IMG/VR virus record: IMGVR_UViG_3300034101_005442
Coordinates: 1 to 52,128 of that record
Reading direction: 5' to 3' (one strand)
Length of the DNA: 52,128 nucleotides
Source of the DNA: a virus
Lineage: Duplodnaviria; Caudoviricetes
Both the position numbers and the translations under genes were made by a program. The notes under the pieces are model-generated. The model was not told the DNA's origin, did no database searches, and saw only the letters and a list, made by a program, of their open reading frames with translations. Positions within the stretch are counted from its first letter, which is position 1. Each line of letters opens with the position of its first letter. Of the stretch, positions 39,722 to 49,232 are shown in pieces.

Positions 39722-40018
39722 TTATGGTATCTCAGTAATAGTAATAGGATTAGTATAAGAATATGGACTTGTTAATGTTGGAGTTGGCACAGGAGGTGGA
39801 CATTCGTGAATGGGTCCGTTATTATCTAGCGAGAAATTAATTAGATCTTTGTTTGTATTTCGTGATCCGTATCTAATACTATCGTTTATTTTGTTTATGC
39901 CTCCTCTATTTGCTTCTGTTTTTTTAGAAGGAACAGGATATCCACAAGTCCAAAATCGTGAAGGATTACTAGGATTACTAGTGGTTATACCATAAGAATA
40001 TGTTGGTCTATATATCAT
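39722..40018 (-). CDS. Hypothetical protein, paralogue of 47970..48296
   Basis: Shared Y.PTYS, E.N.GGI..I..I..G.R..N and ITI(T/S)E motifs. Confidence 0.65.
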   Translation of the reverse strand: MIYRPTYSYGITTSNPSNPSRFWTCGYPVPSKKTEANRGGINKINDSIRYGSRNTNKDLINFSLDNNGPIHECPPPVPTPTLTSPYSYTNPITITEIP

Positions 40019-40419
40019 GGTCTTGCTACTCCTGGTACTGGTCTGGTTGATGGTACTGTTGGATTTTTAGATGGACATAATACTCCAACAACTACTTTAA
40101 TTGGACCTTTTGCTCCATCTATAGCTTTTCTTCCTTCACTTCCTGGTTTAAGTATATTATCTATAGCTTTTTTATAAACAGGAGCAGCTTGTTCAGGTGG
40201 AATGCCATTTGGGAATTTTCTTTCAAGGTCTTTTATTAATTTATCCAAGGCCGTACTTTCATAAAGCACCTTATCTCCTTGCATAACTCTTATAACTCTG
40301 TCTTTATCTTTTCCTCCTGTAGGAGGATCTTTACAATTATTGTAGTCATTTTCATTTTGTCCAGCAGCATTTTCTATAACATTATTTGGAATATCATTAC
40401 AATTATCAGGTATTGGCAT
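40015..40419 (-). CDS. Hypothetical protein, paralogue of 48293..48685
   Basis: Shared DY..C, R.I.V...DK..Y, IKV.....C..K and terminal PG..RP. Confidence 0.7.
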   Translation of the reverse strand: MPIPDNCNDIPNNVIENAAGQNENDYNNCKDPPTGGKDKDRVIRVMQGDKVLYESTALDKLIKDLERKFPNGIPPEQAAPVYKKAIDNILKPGSEGRKAIDGAKGPIKVVVGVLCPSKNPTVPSTRPVPGVARP

Positions 40420-40424
40420 ATTGA

Positions 40425-41192
40425 TTACTCCTTAATAAATGTATTTAAATATAGTTTATATGCTATTCCAACATCAAAATTATCTACTCCTAATGCTCTA
40501 TTATTTGCTCTGGAATAATTTACTCCAAAAGCTAATTCGTCAGGATAAGTAAAATTACTTAAATATTTATCTTGTTGATCTAGCTGATTAAGAACATTTT
40601 TATCTATATCGTTTCGGTCATAATAAATTCTATTATTATTGCAATAATAAATATTAGTTGGTGGATACTCTGTGGAACTTAGTTCCCATTGATCCAAAGG
40701 ATCTGGCTCATTAGAACAAGAAGGAAGTAAACGGATACGTCCACTAACTGGGCCATCTTGAACATATCCTGGTAATGCAGAAGCGTCTGAATACCAATAC
40801 CATTGTCCTAATAATGTGTCATAGTCTCCTGTAAATCCTGGGGGAAATAAAGATTCGTAGGAGATATTGAAATCCGGAACATATTCAATAATAAAATTGC
40901 TTGCATATAAAGTTGTATATTGGTTAGGTGAACTATTTGGAATTAGTTGTCTAATAGACCATTGTACCGACATTGTTTGTTCGTTATCGAAACTCAATAA
41001 CTCCAACCAAGCAGTATTTTCTACATCTCTCCAAATTGTTGTTTTAATATTTGGTAAAGTTATTGGGTCGTTGAATTGAAGTAGTGGAGTAAATGTAAAA
41101 TTAGTATTATCTCCATTAATATCTAAAAAATTACATCCATATAATACAGGTGGTGGGCCTGAGAATGGACTTTGCGGTTTAAAAATAGCCAT
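40425..41192 (-). CDS. Two-domain protein: domain D (shared with 29138..31252) and domain C (shared with 48701..48976)
   Basis: YGCN..G..FTF..SD..PGY..D.P.SG.I.L..CS; then N..YY.R..QL..K..SNF.YP..FG.NY.R. Confidence 0.75.
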   Translation of the reverse strand: MAIFKPQSPFSGPPPVLYGCNFLDINGDNTNFTFTPLLQFNDPITLPNIKTTIWRDVENTAWLELLSFDNEQTMSVQWSIRQLIPNSSPNQYTTLYASNFIIEYVPDFNISYESLFPPGFTGDYDTLLGQWYWYSDASALPGYVQDGPVSGRIRLLPSCSNEPDPLDQWELSSTEYPPTNIYYCNNNRIYYDRNDIDKNVLNQLDQQDKYLSNFTYPDELAFGVNYSRANNRALGVDNFDVGIAYKLYLNTFIKE

Positions 41193-41226
41193 AATAAAAT
41201 TTCCCTTTAAGGTGTGTCTTTATATC

Positions 41227-41234
41227 TATACACT
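41227..41234 (-). promoter_or_regulatory. Candidate late promoter motif AGTGTATA
   Basis: 37 nt upstream of 41192; intergenic. Confidence 0.6.
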
Positions 41235-41258
41235 AGCGTTTAAGAATCTGTATAATTC

Positions 41259-41585
41259 TTAATTATTTGGCTGTTTCCATGGATTTGCTATGTGTATATT
41301 AGATTGAGATACTAATAAGTTACCAAATTTATCTTCAGAAAGAGTATTATTATCATTTGAGGAACGAGATAAATTACTTGATAAGATTTTACTTTCATTC
41401 AAAATTCTGTCATTACTAAAATGTAATGGAGAATATTTGGATTTAATTTTAAAATTATCAATAGTTGGTAAAGCTAAATTAAAATTATAACTATATTTAT
41501 TGTTTACTGTTATATTATTATCAAAAGATACTATTGGAGTGTCATACTGAGTGCTATTTTGATTACTGATATTATATATTGGCAT
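41259..41585 (-). CDS. Hypothetical Asn/Ser-rich protein
   Basis: 108 aa with GAGGA RBS; fills the gap in the operon. Confidence 0.6.
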   Translation of the reverse strand: MPIYNISNQNSTQYDTPIVSFDNNITVNNKYSYNFNLALPTIDNFKIKSKYSPLHFSNDRILNESKILSSNLSRSSNDNNTLSEDKFGNLLVSQSNIHIANPWKQPNN

Positions 41586-41606
41586 TAGATTTTCCTCTTC
41601 GGTGAT

Positions 41607-44600
41607 TTAACATTCTTCACAATAATCAATACATTCTCCTTCACAGCAATACTTAGCTGTTTCAGGATCTATATAAAGTTCTGGTTGAGATAGGTCTGAT
41701 GGAAGATAATAACATTTACGGTTAAGCCAAGACCAGTATGGGCCACTGTAGCCAAAAGCTTCCAAAGTATTTAATGGAGGACAACACACAGGCTCTAGCC
41801 ACACGCCAGCAGCAGTCTCACTTGCTGACTCTTCAGTCCTACAACCATTTTCAAAGAAAGTTCCGTCTGGACAACATCCTGCTTCTTTTCCTCCTTCTGG
41901 ATAATATGTATATCCTTGTTCGCAACCGCATTGTCCTGGCGGGGTAATGAAGTTAGGTCCACCAGAATCAAATACTGTGTATCCATCAGGACATGTTTGA
42001 CAAGGACTTGAAGCTGCTATTCCCCATCCTGTTTCTGGTGGAGGATTTGCACATGATTCGCAAGGATGACAACAATCACAACTTGGCCATCCCTGTGGCA
42101 TCGTTAGTCTGACTCCATCTGGAGAATAGCCCCTTTGCCAATATGCTCTGTCTCCTTCTACTCCTCCGCAAGCATCATATGTTGCGTTCCATTCACAAAA
42201 ATCAAAACCCTCAGCACATTCTTTTCTTTCTGTCAAAGCTGGTCCATTCATAAACTGATCGAGTTGAGCTTTTAGAAGAGCTAATGAAGCGGCTAACCCT
42301 GCTAACTGAGCTTGTATACCTTGTGCTTCACCTCTTAGTGGTTCTACTTCTGCAACTAGTTTTTGTATTTCTTTATCTAGCATACGCGAGTTCCAATCAG
42401 CTTGATCTCTTAGTTCTTTATTATTAAGCCAAGCCTGATAATCTTCATAAATATTGTCTAAATTTTGGAGATTTTCATCAAATGGATGTTTCTCTAACCA
42501 TTCATCCCAAGATAATATAATTTTGTTTCCATCTTCATCATAAGTTGGAAATACAATTACAACTCTAGGACCATCGTATCCATCATCATGCTTGTCAATA
42601 TGATTTACCCAACCATAATCAGGAGGAAAAGCTCCAGGAATTTGAGGATGTTCGCCTTCAATACGCTGCATTGCCTCTGTAGCTTGTTTCATTGTATTTA
42701 ATAGTGTATCTTTTTCTGCATTTTTACCAAAAATCTGACCATCAAGAGATAATATGGCTGGAAGTAAGCCGGATAACAATCTATAAAGTCTGGCCATTGT
42801 TAGTACAATTGTAGCAATTGCTATGGCTAGATCTAATGCCTGTTGTCTTGACACTAACACATTCCAACATCCACATTCAAACGTAAATAAATCGTTCATA
42901 TTATATCCGCCGCGGATATAGAAAGGATTCTCACAAGGATACTCTAGAAGATTAGGGCTTAATGGTAATGTAAAATCATTTTTTATATTTCTAGCCTCAG
43001 GATCCCACCAACCTTGAGGAGGATTAATAGCAACACAAGCTTCAAAATCGTTATTATCAGAACTAGATAATGAAGATGATATTATTATTGGTGTTGGATA
43101 AACAAAACGGTTTAAGTATGATGTTGATACATATGAACTTAAATCGACTCTGGATCCCATAGCATCAACAAAATATATCTGATCAGAATTAGAATTAATA
43201 AGATTAATATAATGTTGTCCAAACTGAGATACAAAACCAAATCCTGAAGGAGCAAAACCAAATGCTGCAGAAATTCCCCCTTGAAGAATAACATCTGAGA
43301 CATAATCTGTTTGAGCATTATAGTTTGAATTTGTAAATATACCACTAGCACTAGAATTATAATAATGAGTTAGATTACGAAAAATATTAGGACAATTTAT
43401 TCTATCATTTGATAACGAAAAGGGTACTGATGTTAAGGATCCATCATCTGCTAAACTAACAATCTCATTACCTTGCGAGAAATTAGATGGTTTACTAATA
43501 TTAAATCCGATATTTCCACTTGTTGATGCTGTGCTAGAAAAACTAAAGCTATCCTCTGTTTGTTGGATATTTATTGATCCTTCGGATAATACTTTTGCGA
43601 ATGTTATTGTAACATCTGGAGATATTATAACATTAATATTTTCACCTGTGGGCACCATTCTGAAATTATCATAAACTGTTTCTGTTCCTAAAATTGAACA
43701 ATTTGTATTTCTTCTAAAGTTTGTTGCTATGCCTGAATCGTAGTATGAAACCCAATCATTTAACGATCCTGACTGACATCCTGTTATATAAAATTTGTCT
43801 TTGAACAAACCACTATTGGTAACAAGATGTCCAACGTTCCATGATCCTGTTGGAACACAACTATTTTCACTCCATGTATATGATAATTCTCTGTCTGTAG
43901 AATATTCTTGACAGCTTTCTTCTGTTCCGTCAAAAATTGCTCCGTCAGAAATATAGCAACAACCTGATCCTAAAAATAATGAATCTCCATATAATCCGAT
44001 ACTACTAAATCCAACAGAAGCAGCTGAAACATATTGACCTTCAAATATTCCATCAAATTCATACTCATTTTCTAATAATTGTCCTGGTCCATCTTGAATT
44101 GCTGGTGCTGGTCCTGTTCTTTTTGGGGCAAATGCAACTCCATTAAAACGAAAAGCGTATGAAGTTACAATATCTTCGTTACTTATGCGTGGATTTGGGG
44201 CTATTGTTATAACAGTGCTTGAGCCAATTTCAGAATTAATACTTCTGAAAGATAAAATAGTTGGAGGAGACGGAGGAAGTTGATTATCTAGTGATAAGGT
44301 TCCTGTGGTTGTTGTTGATCCAAGAATAATAGTATCTGACAAAGAAATTATTTGACCAGGAACAACCTGTTGAGATGAAACTTGTCCTTGGTCATTTATA
44401 AATAATGCTTTATCAAATCCTAGTTTTGATGGAACACTAAAATTAAAAGAAGATAGTTGGCTATTTGATGATAGGAATTTATCCTTTATGCTATCTTTGG
44501 AATAAGCAACTATGGGTTGTAAATTAGTATTAAAATAATTATTTAAGTTTATGGTATTATTTTGTATAGATACATTATTTCCAGATATAATTGATCCATT

Positions 44601-45164
44601 AGATGCTAGTAATGCATCAACTGCAACAGATTCGCTAAAAGGTACACATGTGTTACAAAAAATATTACAACTATTACATGCTTCGGTAAAGCTATTGAAA
44701 AATTTTTGTGATGATGAATTAATTTTAGTATTATTTAATAATATATCATTATACCATATTACTACTGGATTTGTTGAATCGGTAGTATCACAGTTATTAT
44801 TTTGTAAAAATTGTATAAGTTGTTGTTCTTCGGGATACAAAGATACACAATCTCTTATGGAATTTAGATTAGGATCCTGAGAAGACGATATAACACAAAA
44901 TTGAGTTTTTCCAGTATCATCTGTTTCCAATGAAATATTTTCACATGGTATTATTTGTTGTATTCTGTTTTGATTAGCTGCCCACCATTCGCTAGAAATG
45001 TTATGATTGATTTTTTCTGGAGCTACAGGAATACCTAATGAAACATTTTCTCCATTACAACTGATAGTTGCTGGAATAGATTTATATACTATCCAATAAC
45101 ATGGATTTTCATTATTCTTGATTTTAGAAAATGGATTATTAAAATTTGTATTAAATACTGCCAT
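41607..45164 (-). CDS. Large Cys-rich modular protein with a hydrophobic helix and coiled coil
   Basis: 1185 aa; ALDLAIAIATIVLTMARLYRLLSGLLPAIL segment, coiled coil LDKEIQKL..LKAQLDQ, Cys-dense C-terminal ~200 aa. Confidence 0.75.
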   Translation of the reverse strand: MAVFNTNFNNPFSKIKNNENPCYWIVYKSIPATISCNGENVSLGIPVAPEKINHNISSEWWAANQNRIQQIIPCENISLETDDTGKTQFCVISSSQDPNLNSIRDCVSLYPEEQQLIQFLQNNNCDTTDSTNPVVIWYNDILLNNTKINSSSQKFFNSFTEACNSCNIFCNTCVPFSESVAVDALLASNGSIISGNNVSIQNNTINLNNYFNTNLQPIVAYSKDSIKDKFLSSNSQLSSFNFSVPSKLGFDKALFINDQGQVSSQQVVPGQIISLSDTIILGSTTTTGTLSLDNQLPPSPPTILSFRSINSEIGSSTVITIAPNPRISNEDIVTSYAFRFNGVAFAPKRTGPAPAIQDGPGQLLENEYEFDGIFEGQYVSAASVGFSSIGLYGDSLFLGSGCCYISDGAIFDGTEESCQEYSTDRELSYTWSENSCVPTGSWNVGHLVTNSGLFKDKFYITGCQSGSLNDWVSYYDSGIATNFRRNTNCSILGTETVYDNFRMVPTGENINVIISPDVTITFAKVLSEGSINIQQTEDSFSFSSTASTSGNIGFNISKPSNFSQGNEIVSLADDGSLTSVPFSLSNDRINCPNIFRNLTHYYNSSASGIFTNSNYNAQTDYVSDVILQGGISAAFGFAPSGFGFVSQFGQHYINLINSNSDQIYFVDAMGSRVDLSSYVSTSYLNRFVYPTPIIISSSLSSSDNNDFEACVAINPPQGWWDPEARNIKNDFTLPLSPNLLEYPCENPFYIRGGYNMNDLFTFECGCWNVLVSRQQALDLAIAIATIVLTMARLYRLLSGLLPAILSLDGQIFGKNAEKDTLLNTMKQATEAMQRIEGEHPQIPGAFPPDYGWVNHIDKHDDGYDGPRVVIVFPTYDEDGNKIILSWDEWLEKHPFDENLQNLDNIYEDYQAWLNNKELRDQADWNSRMLDKEIQKLVAEVEPLRGEAQGIQAQLAGLAASLALLKAQLDQFMNGPALTERKECAEGFDFCEWNATYDACGGVEGDRAYWQRGYSPDGVRLTMPQGWPSCDCCHPCESCANPPPETGWGIAASSPCQTCPDGYTVFDSGGPNFITPPGQCGCEQGYTYYPEGGKEAGCCPDGTFFENGCRTEESASETAAGVWLEPVCCPPLNTLEAFGYSGPYWSWLNRKCYYLPSDLSQPELYIDPETAKYCCEGECIDYCEEC

Positions 45165-45180
45165 TAGTCTAGCTTCTTTC

Positions 45181-46278
45181 TTAGGGTACGTTAAATATTG
45201 TTGGATTAATATTATAAGAACGAGTTGGTGTTGGCGTTGATAATGATCTTGTTTTTGTTGGCGTTGGTGTTGATGTGGATACTGATTTTGTCTTGGTGGG
45301 AGTAGGAGTTACAGATGGTGCTCGTGTTTTTGTTGGAGTTGGTGTTGGAGCTCTTGTGGAGGTTACACTAGGAGTTGGAGTAGGATTACAACAATTTTCA
45401 GCAGCTTTTTTAGCTTGAGTACAATTTATTACTGTTGCTGATGTTATTCTCATACTAGTATAAGGATTGCCCATACCAGGATTAAAAGGAATACTGTTAC
45501 TAATTGGAACTCTGAGAATCCATGAAACTTGAGTACTATTATTAGCGTATGAATCCTTAAAAGTATATTCAATATAATCTTGTCCATTAATAGTAACACA
45601 TTTTCCACCAACTAAGATTATAGCATGTTTAGTTTTTAATAGATTAGTACAATTTTCTTTTATTTTTGGTCTTACCCATTTTGGTGGCATAGTATAAATA
45701 TACGGAGGAGAACCAGTTATTGTTCCGTCTTGTACACTCTTAAGCCAATCTTCAAAGTTTGGTGGAAAAACAGCAGTATCCAAATCGCTCATTATGGGGC
45801 CAGTAGAGCATAAACTATCAACTAAATTTTTTTGATTTCTGTATGATGTTGAATTAACTTTATAGTTTATAGTAACATAACATTGACGAGGATCACAAGG
45901 ATCACTATATGTTTTTCCTGGACATTTAACGGGAACTTTAAGTCCGGATCGTCCTGAATTTGCAAAAAACGCAAAAGTTTTAAATGCATTTGTTGCTCTG
46001 TTGATAAAATCAGTTTTTTCTGTACTAGATCCTTTTCCGTATTTACAATCTGCTAATGTATTAATATATGTTATTCCATTAGCGGGCATTGGCATACTAT
46101 TGATCTTTGTTTGATTACACGCTATAATAGCATTATAATCTATATTAATAGCACAAGAAGCTGCTAATGATTGCAATAACGTATTGGTCATGCAAGTTAA
46201 TTGATCAACACCTTCCTTTTTTTGGTTAATATCTAATGGTATCTGATGTAAACAGTTTTTAATATTATTACATGGCAT
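45181..46278 (-). CDS. Papain-like (C1) cysteine protease with Pro/Thr tail
   Basis: DQLTCMTN (candidate catalytic Cys), GPIM, HAIILVGG (His) and YTFKDSY (compare papain HAV.xVG..KNSW). Confidence 0.6.
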   Translation of the reverse strand: MPCNNIKNCLHQIPLDINQKKEGVDQLTCMTNTLLQSLAASCAINIDYNAIIACNQTKINSMPMPANGITYINTLADCKYGKGSSTEKTDFINRATNAFKTFAFFANSGRSGLKVPVKCPGKTYSDPCDPRQCYVTINYKVNSTSYRNQKNLVDSLCSTGPIMSDLDTAVFPPNFEDWLKSVQDGTITGSPPYIYTMPPKWVRPKIKENCTNLLKTKHAIILVGGKCVTINGQDYIEYTFKDSYANNSTQVSWILRVPISNSIPFNPGMGNPYTSMRITSATVINCTQAKKAAENCCNPTPTPSVTSTRAPTPTPTKTRAPSVTPTPTKTKSVSTSTPTPTKTRSLSTPTPTRSYNINPTIFNVP

Positions 46279-46279
46279 A

Positions 46280-46531
46280 TTATTTGATAATCTCCGATGT
46301 TGCTAGAATATCAAATCCTGGTTGTGCTCCATTAGGAGCTACTGTTTCATGTCTGGTTTCTCCTAAATAAATAACACTACCAGACAATCCAACCATATAG
46401 ATTCCTTCAATACTATCAATAATCTTGGGCGGTTTAATGCGAATATATTTTCGTTCTGTTGCTATTAGTTTCCATGAATCTGGTAATGAATCGCTTTCAG
46501 AGTATTCATCTTTTGAAATATTGTATATCAT
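46280..46531 (-). CDS. Small hypothetical protein
   Basis: 83 aa; preceded by the GTGTAY motif; abuts the next gene. Confidence 0.6.
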   Translation of the reverse strand: MIYNISKDEYSESDSLPDSWKLIATERKYIRIKPPKIIDSIEGIYMVGLSGSVIYLGETRHETVAPNGAQPGFDILATSEIIK

Positions 46532-46571
46532 ATAAATATATGGCCTAATTGAGCATATTATCTTACCTAAT

Positions 46572-46579
46572 AGTACACC
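46572..46579 (-). promoter_or_regulatory. Candidate late promoter motif GGTGTACT
   Basis: 43 nt upstream of 46531. Confidence 0.55.
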
Positions 46580-47967
46580 TATGATTTCTTTTTGTTTTTT
46601 GATTTTGATATGTGATCACAGGTATACATATTATGCTTAGTATTTTGTATTACAAATCCATTTTCAGGATATCTATAAGTTGTTGTTAATGGACTTTCTG
46701 ATGCTCCAGGAATTATTTCTTCATATCCAAAATGGGTTAACATTTTAATACTTAATGGAGTAATAACTTGTTGTATGTCTGGATCAAAATATGGAACCAT
46801 AAGATCATTACCTATTCCTGGTAATATCTGACTTTTAGGACACATTCCGTCGGCAGGAATATCAGAACATGCTCCAGGTCTCCATGGATATTTACATTCA
46901 CAAGGTTTACTATATTGTATAGGGAAAGAATACCACGACCAGTGTGCTCCAATTACTGTTTGTAATGGAACTGGTCTTAATGAATATGCTGGATCATAGG
47001 ATATTCTACCAGCTGACTCATAGATACTACCCATTCCAGGATAATAATCAGTATTTAAAGAACTAGCGTCATACCATTCATATGCTCCAATTTTAATATA
47101 AGGTTCTGTATTTACTGTATTAGTATCAGTATACTCAGGATCCCAATAGAATCCTATTCCTAAACCATGACCTAGCTCATGTAGCATCACTCCTTCCCAT
47201 TCGGCTTGTGTATAATCATTTTGATAATGAGTATTAATATATAAGTCTATGGATGTTGTATTCCATCTTAAATAAGGAGCAGACGAACTTAATTGTTTAT
47301 GAGCTGATATTCCACAAGCAGCAATTGCTCCATGTAAATCTGTTCCTTGTAAATTATCAATATAAATTGCATTAATTGTGATACCTTTCCAGTTTGATCC
47401 TAACTCAGATCGTATGCTAGCAATTACGCTATTATTCATTCGTAGGAATTTTGACCATCTATTACATGCGTTGACAAGAGGAGTTAAATATGGTGCTGGA
47501 ACTCCTGTTCCTATAGGTACTCCGTTTTTATTTAGTCTGGGTACTGATGAAAAAGAATCAGTATCAAATAGTTTCACATTATTTTCTACTAGCCATGTTA
47601 CTTCAGAAGAGGTAGAAGTCCAATTATAAACATATGATATTCCTGTAGATTGTTCAGTATAGTATGTTGTTAATTCCAATCGACATCTAAATTTTCTTCC
47701 ACTTTTGGCTAGTGTTGATTTGCTGGTAATGAAAGTATCTGTTAAAGAAGCTCTTTTACCCGCATAATCTTTAGGATTTAAATTTCTAGTATCTTTAGTT
47801 ATGTCTCTAACAATTGTCCATGATGATGATCCTGGAAGTTGTCGTTCCCATAGGTATCGAGCTGTCCAAGTTGTTCCTAGAATTCGTCCTGTGATCGTAG
47901 AAACAAATGTTGCTTTAATACCTTCTTTAAGAGTTACAGATGATGGTAAAACAGTATTATTTATCAT
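46579..47967 (-). CDS. Ig-like domain plus leishmanolysin-like (metzincin) zinc metalloprotease
   Basis: HELGHGLGIG (HExxH), downstream GAHW (third ligand), DLMVPY Met-turn, IT.LSI..L..GY. Confidence 0.8.
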   Translation of the reverse strand: MINNTVLPSSVTLKEGIKATFVSTITGRILGTTWTARYLWERQLPGSSSWTIVRDITKDTRNLNPKDYAGKRASLTDTFITSKSTLAKSGRKFRCRLELTTYYTEQSTGISYVYNWTSTSSEVTWLVENNVKLFDTDSFSSVPRLNKNGVPIGTGVPAPYLTPLVNACNRWSKFLRMNNSVIASIRSELGSNWKGITINAIYIDNLQGTDLHGAIAACGISAHKQLSSSAPYLRWNTTSIDLYINTHYQNDYTQAEWEGVMLHELGHGLGIGFYWDPEYTDTNTVNTEPYIKIGAYEWYDASSLNTDYYPGMGSIYESAGRISYDPAYSLRPVPLQTVIGAHWSWYSFPIQYSKPCECKYPWRPGACSDIPADGMCPKSQILPGIGNDLMVPYFDPDIQQVITPLSIKMLTHFGYEEIIPGASESPLTTTYRYPENGFVIQNTKHNMYTCDHISKSKNKKKS

Positions 47968-47969
47968 GG

Positions 47970-48296
47970 TTAATCTTTCAGATATGATGTTAAACCTGAT
48001 ACTATTGGTTGGAAATCATTTGGATCTAAAGTTTCTGATATTGTTATTATGGATCTTGGATTATCATATACTGGCTGAAGTGATGCAGATGATAGGGCTG
48101 GTATGAGAGTATTTGGTAGTCTATATCCATTTTCAATCTCATTAATAATAGAGTCTATTCCTCCACTATTATTTTCTATAATATTAGTATTTGATGGTCT
48201 TGAATATACTGTTTGTTTAGACGAGATAATGGTCTGATTATTAGAATATGTTGGGGCGTACTTTGTGGAATTAATATTATTGGCGTTATGGATCAT
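47970..48296 (-). CDS. Hypothetical protein, paralogue of 39722..40018
   Basis: Motifs shared with the paralogue; ATGA overlap with the upstream gene. Confidence 0.65.
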   Translation of the reverse strand: MIHNANNINSTKYAPTYSNNQTIISSKQTVYSRPSNTNIIENNSGGIDSIINEIENGYRLPNTLIPALSSASLQPVYDNPRSIITISETLDPNDFQPIVSGLTSYLKD

Positions 48297-48685
48297 GGTC
48301 TAAATATTCCTGGTTTAGATTGTAGATTAGGATCGTCATATTTATTTTGACATACTGTTGAGATATAAACTTTTATATTAATATCATCGTTTTTCAGTGT
48401 CATAAAATACTTAGATCCTAAATTATCTGAGCGAATTAACTTATTGGTATAATCTAAAAGAATACTTATGAATGACTCGTCATTAGTGTCTATGGGCTCA
48501 GGACTATATTCGATATCAAACTTTTTTAAGCTATCATCTATTTTGGTACTATAAAAGAGTTTATCATTAACAAATACGAATATGTATCTTCCAACAGAAT
48601 CAACAAGATTTGTTGTGCAGGATAAATAGTCTGAATTCATGACTGTGGCTGGATCTTCTAAGTTATTAATAGATATTTCTGACAT
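48293..48685 (-). CDS. Hypothetical protein, paralogue of 40015..40419
   Basis: Motifs shared with the paralogue; AGGA RBS. Confidence 0.7.
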   Translation of the reverse strand: MSEISINNLEDPATVMNSDYLSCTTNLVDSVGRYIFVFVNDKLFYSTKIDDSLKKFDIEYSPEPIDTNDESFISILLDYTNKLIRSDNLGSKYFMTLKNDDINIKVYISTVCQNKYDDPNLQSKPGIFRP

Positions 48686-48700
48686 TAATAATTCCTGTGA

Positions 48701-48976
48701 TTATTCAGAAGCGGCGTCTTCTGATATTTGATTAATTATGGGAAATGATGGATTATCAGAATTAAAAGCTTGATTGTATAAGAAATATGTGGTGTTGGCC
48801 GAATAATTTTCATTTCTTAACTTTTGATTATCTAGTCTGTCATAATTGATGCCAAATTTAATATCATTAGGATAATGAAAGTTTGAGAAATTTTTACTAT
48901 CTTCTGAAAGTTGGCTAGGTAAATTTTGGCCAAATCTATTGTAGTAAACTTTATTGTTATATGTAAAATATATCAT
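48701..48976 (-). CDS. Domain C protein, first gene of the leftward island
   Basis: Start re-called to ATG at 48976 (MIYFTYNNKVYY) from the AAGGAA RBS, the upstream GTGTAT motif and where homology to 40425..41192 begins. Confidence 0.7.
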   Translation of the reverse strand: MIYFTYNNKVYYNRFGQNLPSQLSEDSKNFSNFHYPNDIKFGINYDRLDNQKLRNENYSANTTYFLYNQAFNSDNPSFPIINQISEDAASE

Positions 48977-49002
48977 TGTTATATGGTTCCTTAATATCAT
49001 AG

Positions 49003-49010
49003 TATACACA
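49003..49010 (-). promoter_or_regulatory. Candidate late promoter motif TGTGTATA
   Basis: 29 nt upstream of the re-called start at 48976. Confidence 0.55.
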
Positions 49011-49232
49011 ATTATAAATGAAAATGTGTTGCTGTTAGGCTCTTGTCTCTTGGGAATAGAAACACAAGATCTAGAAACATGATAAATAATGGGGTAAATA
49101 GGGGAGTTTAGGTGATACATTTTGATTTATTGAGTGCTTATTGTGTTTGGATGTCCTTGGGGTTTTGAGAAAAATCTGGAAATGATCGATAAAAACAGAA
49201 AAACCCCCTCTTATGTTTTACGGTTATTCTAC

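Noticed and set aside
48977-49120. N-terminal extension of ORF 48701..49120
   Set aside because: The RBS, late motif and paralogue homology all point to ATG 48976.
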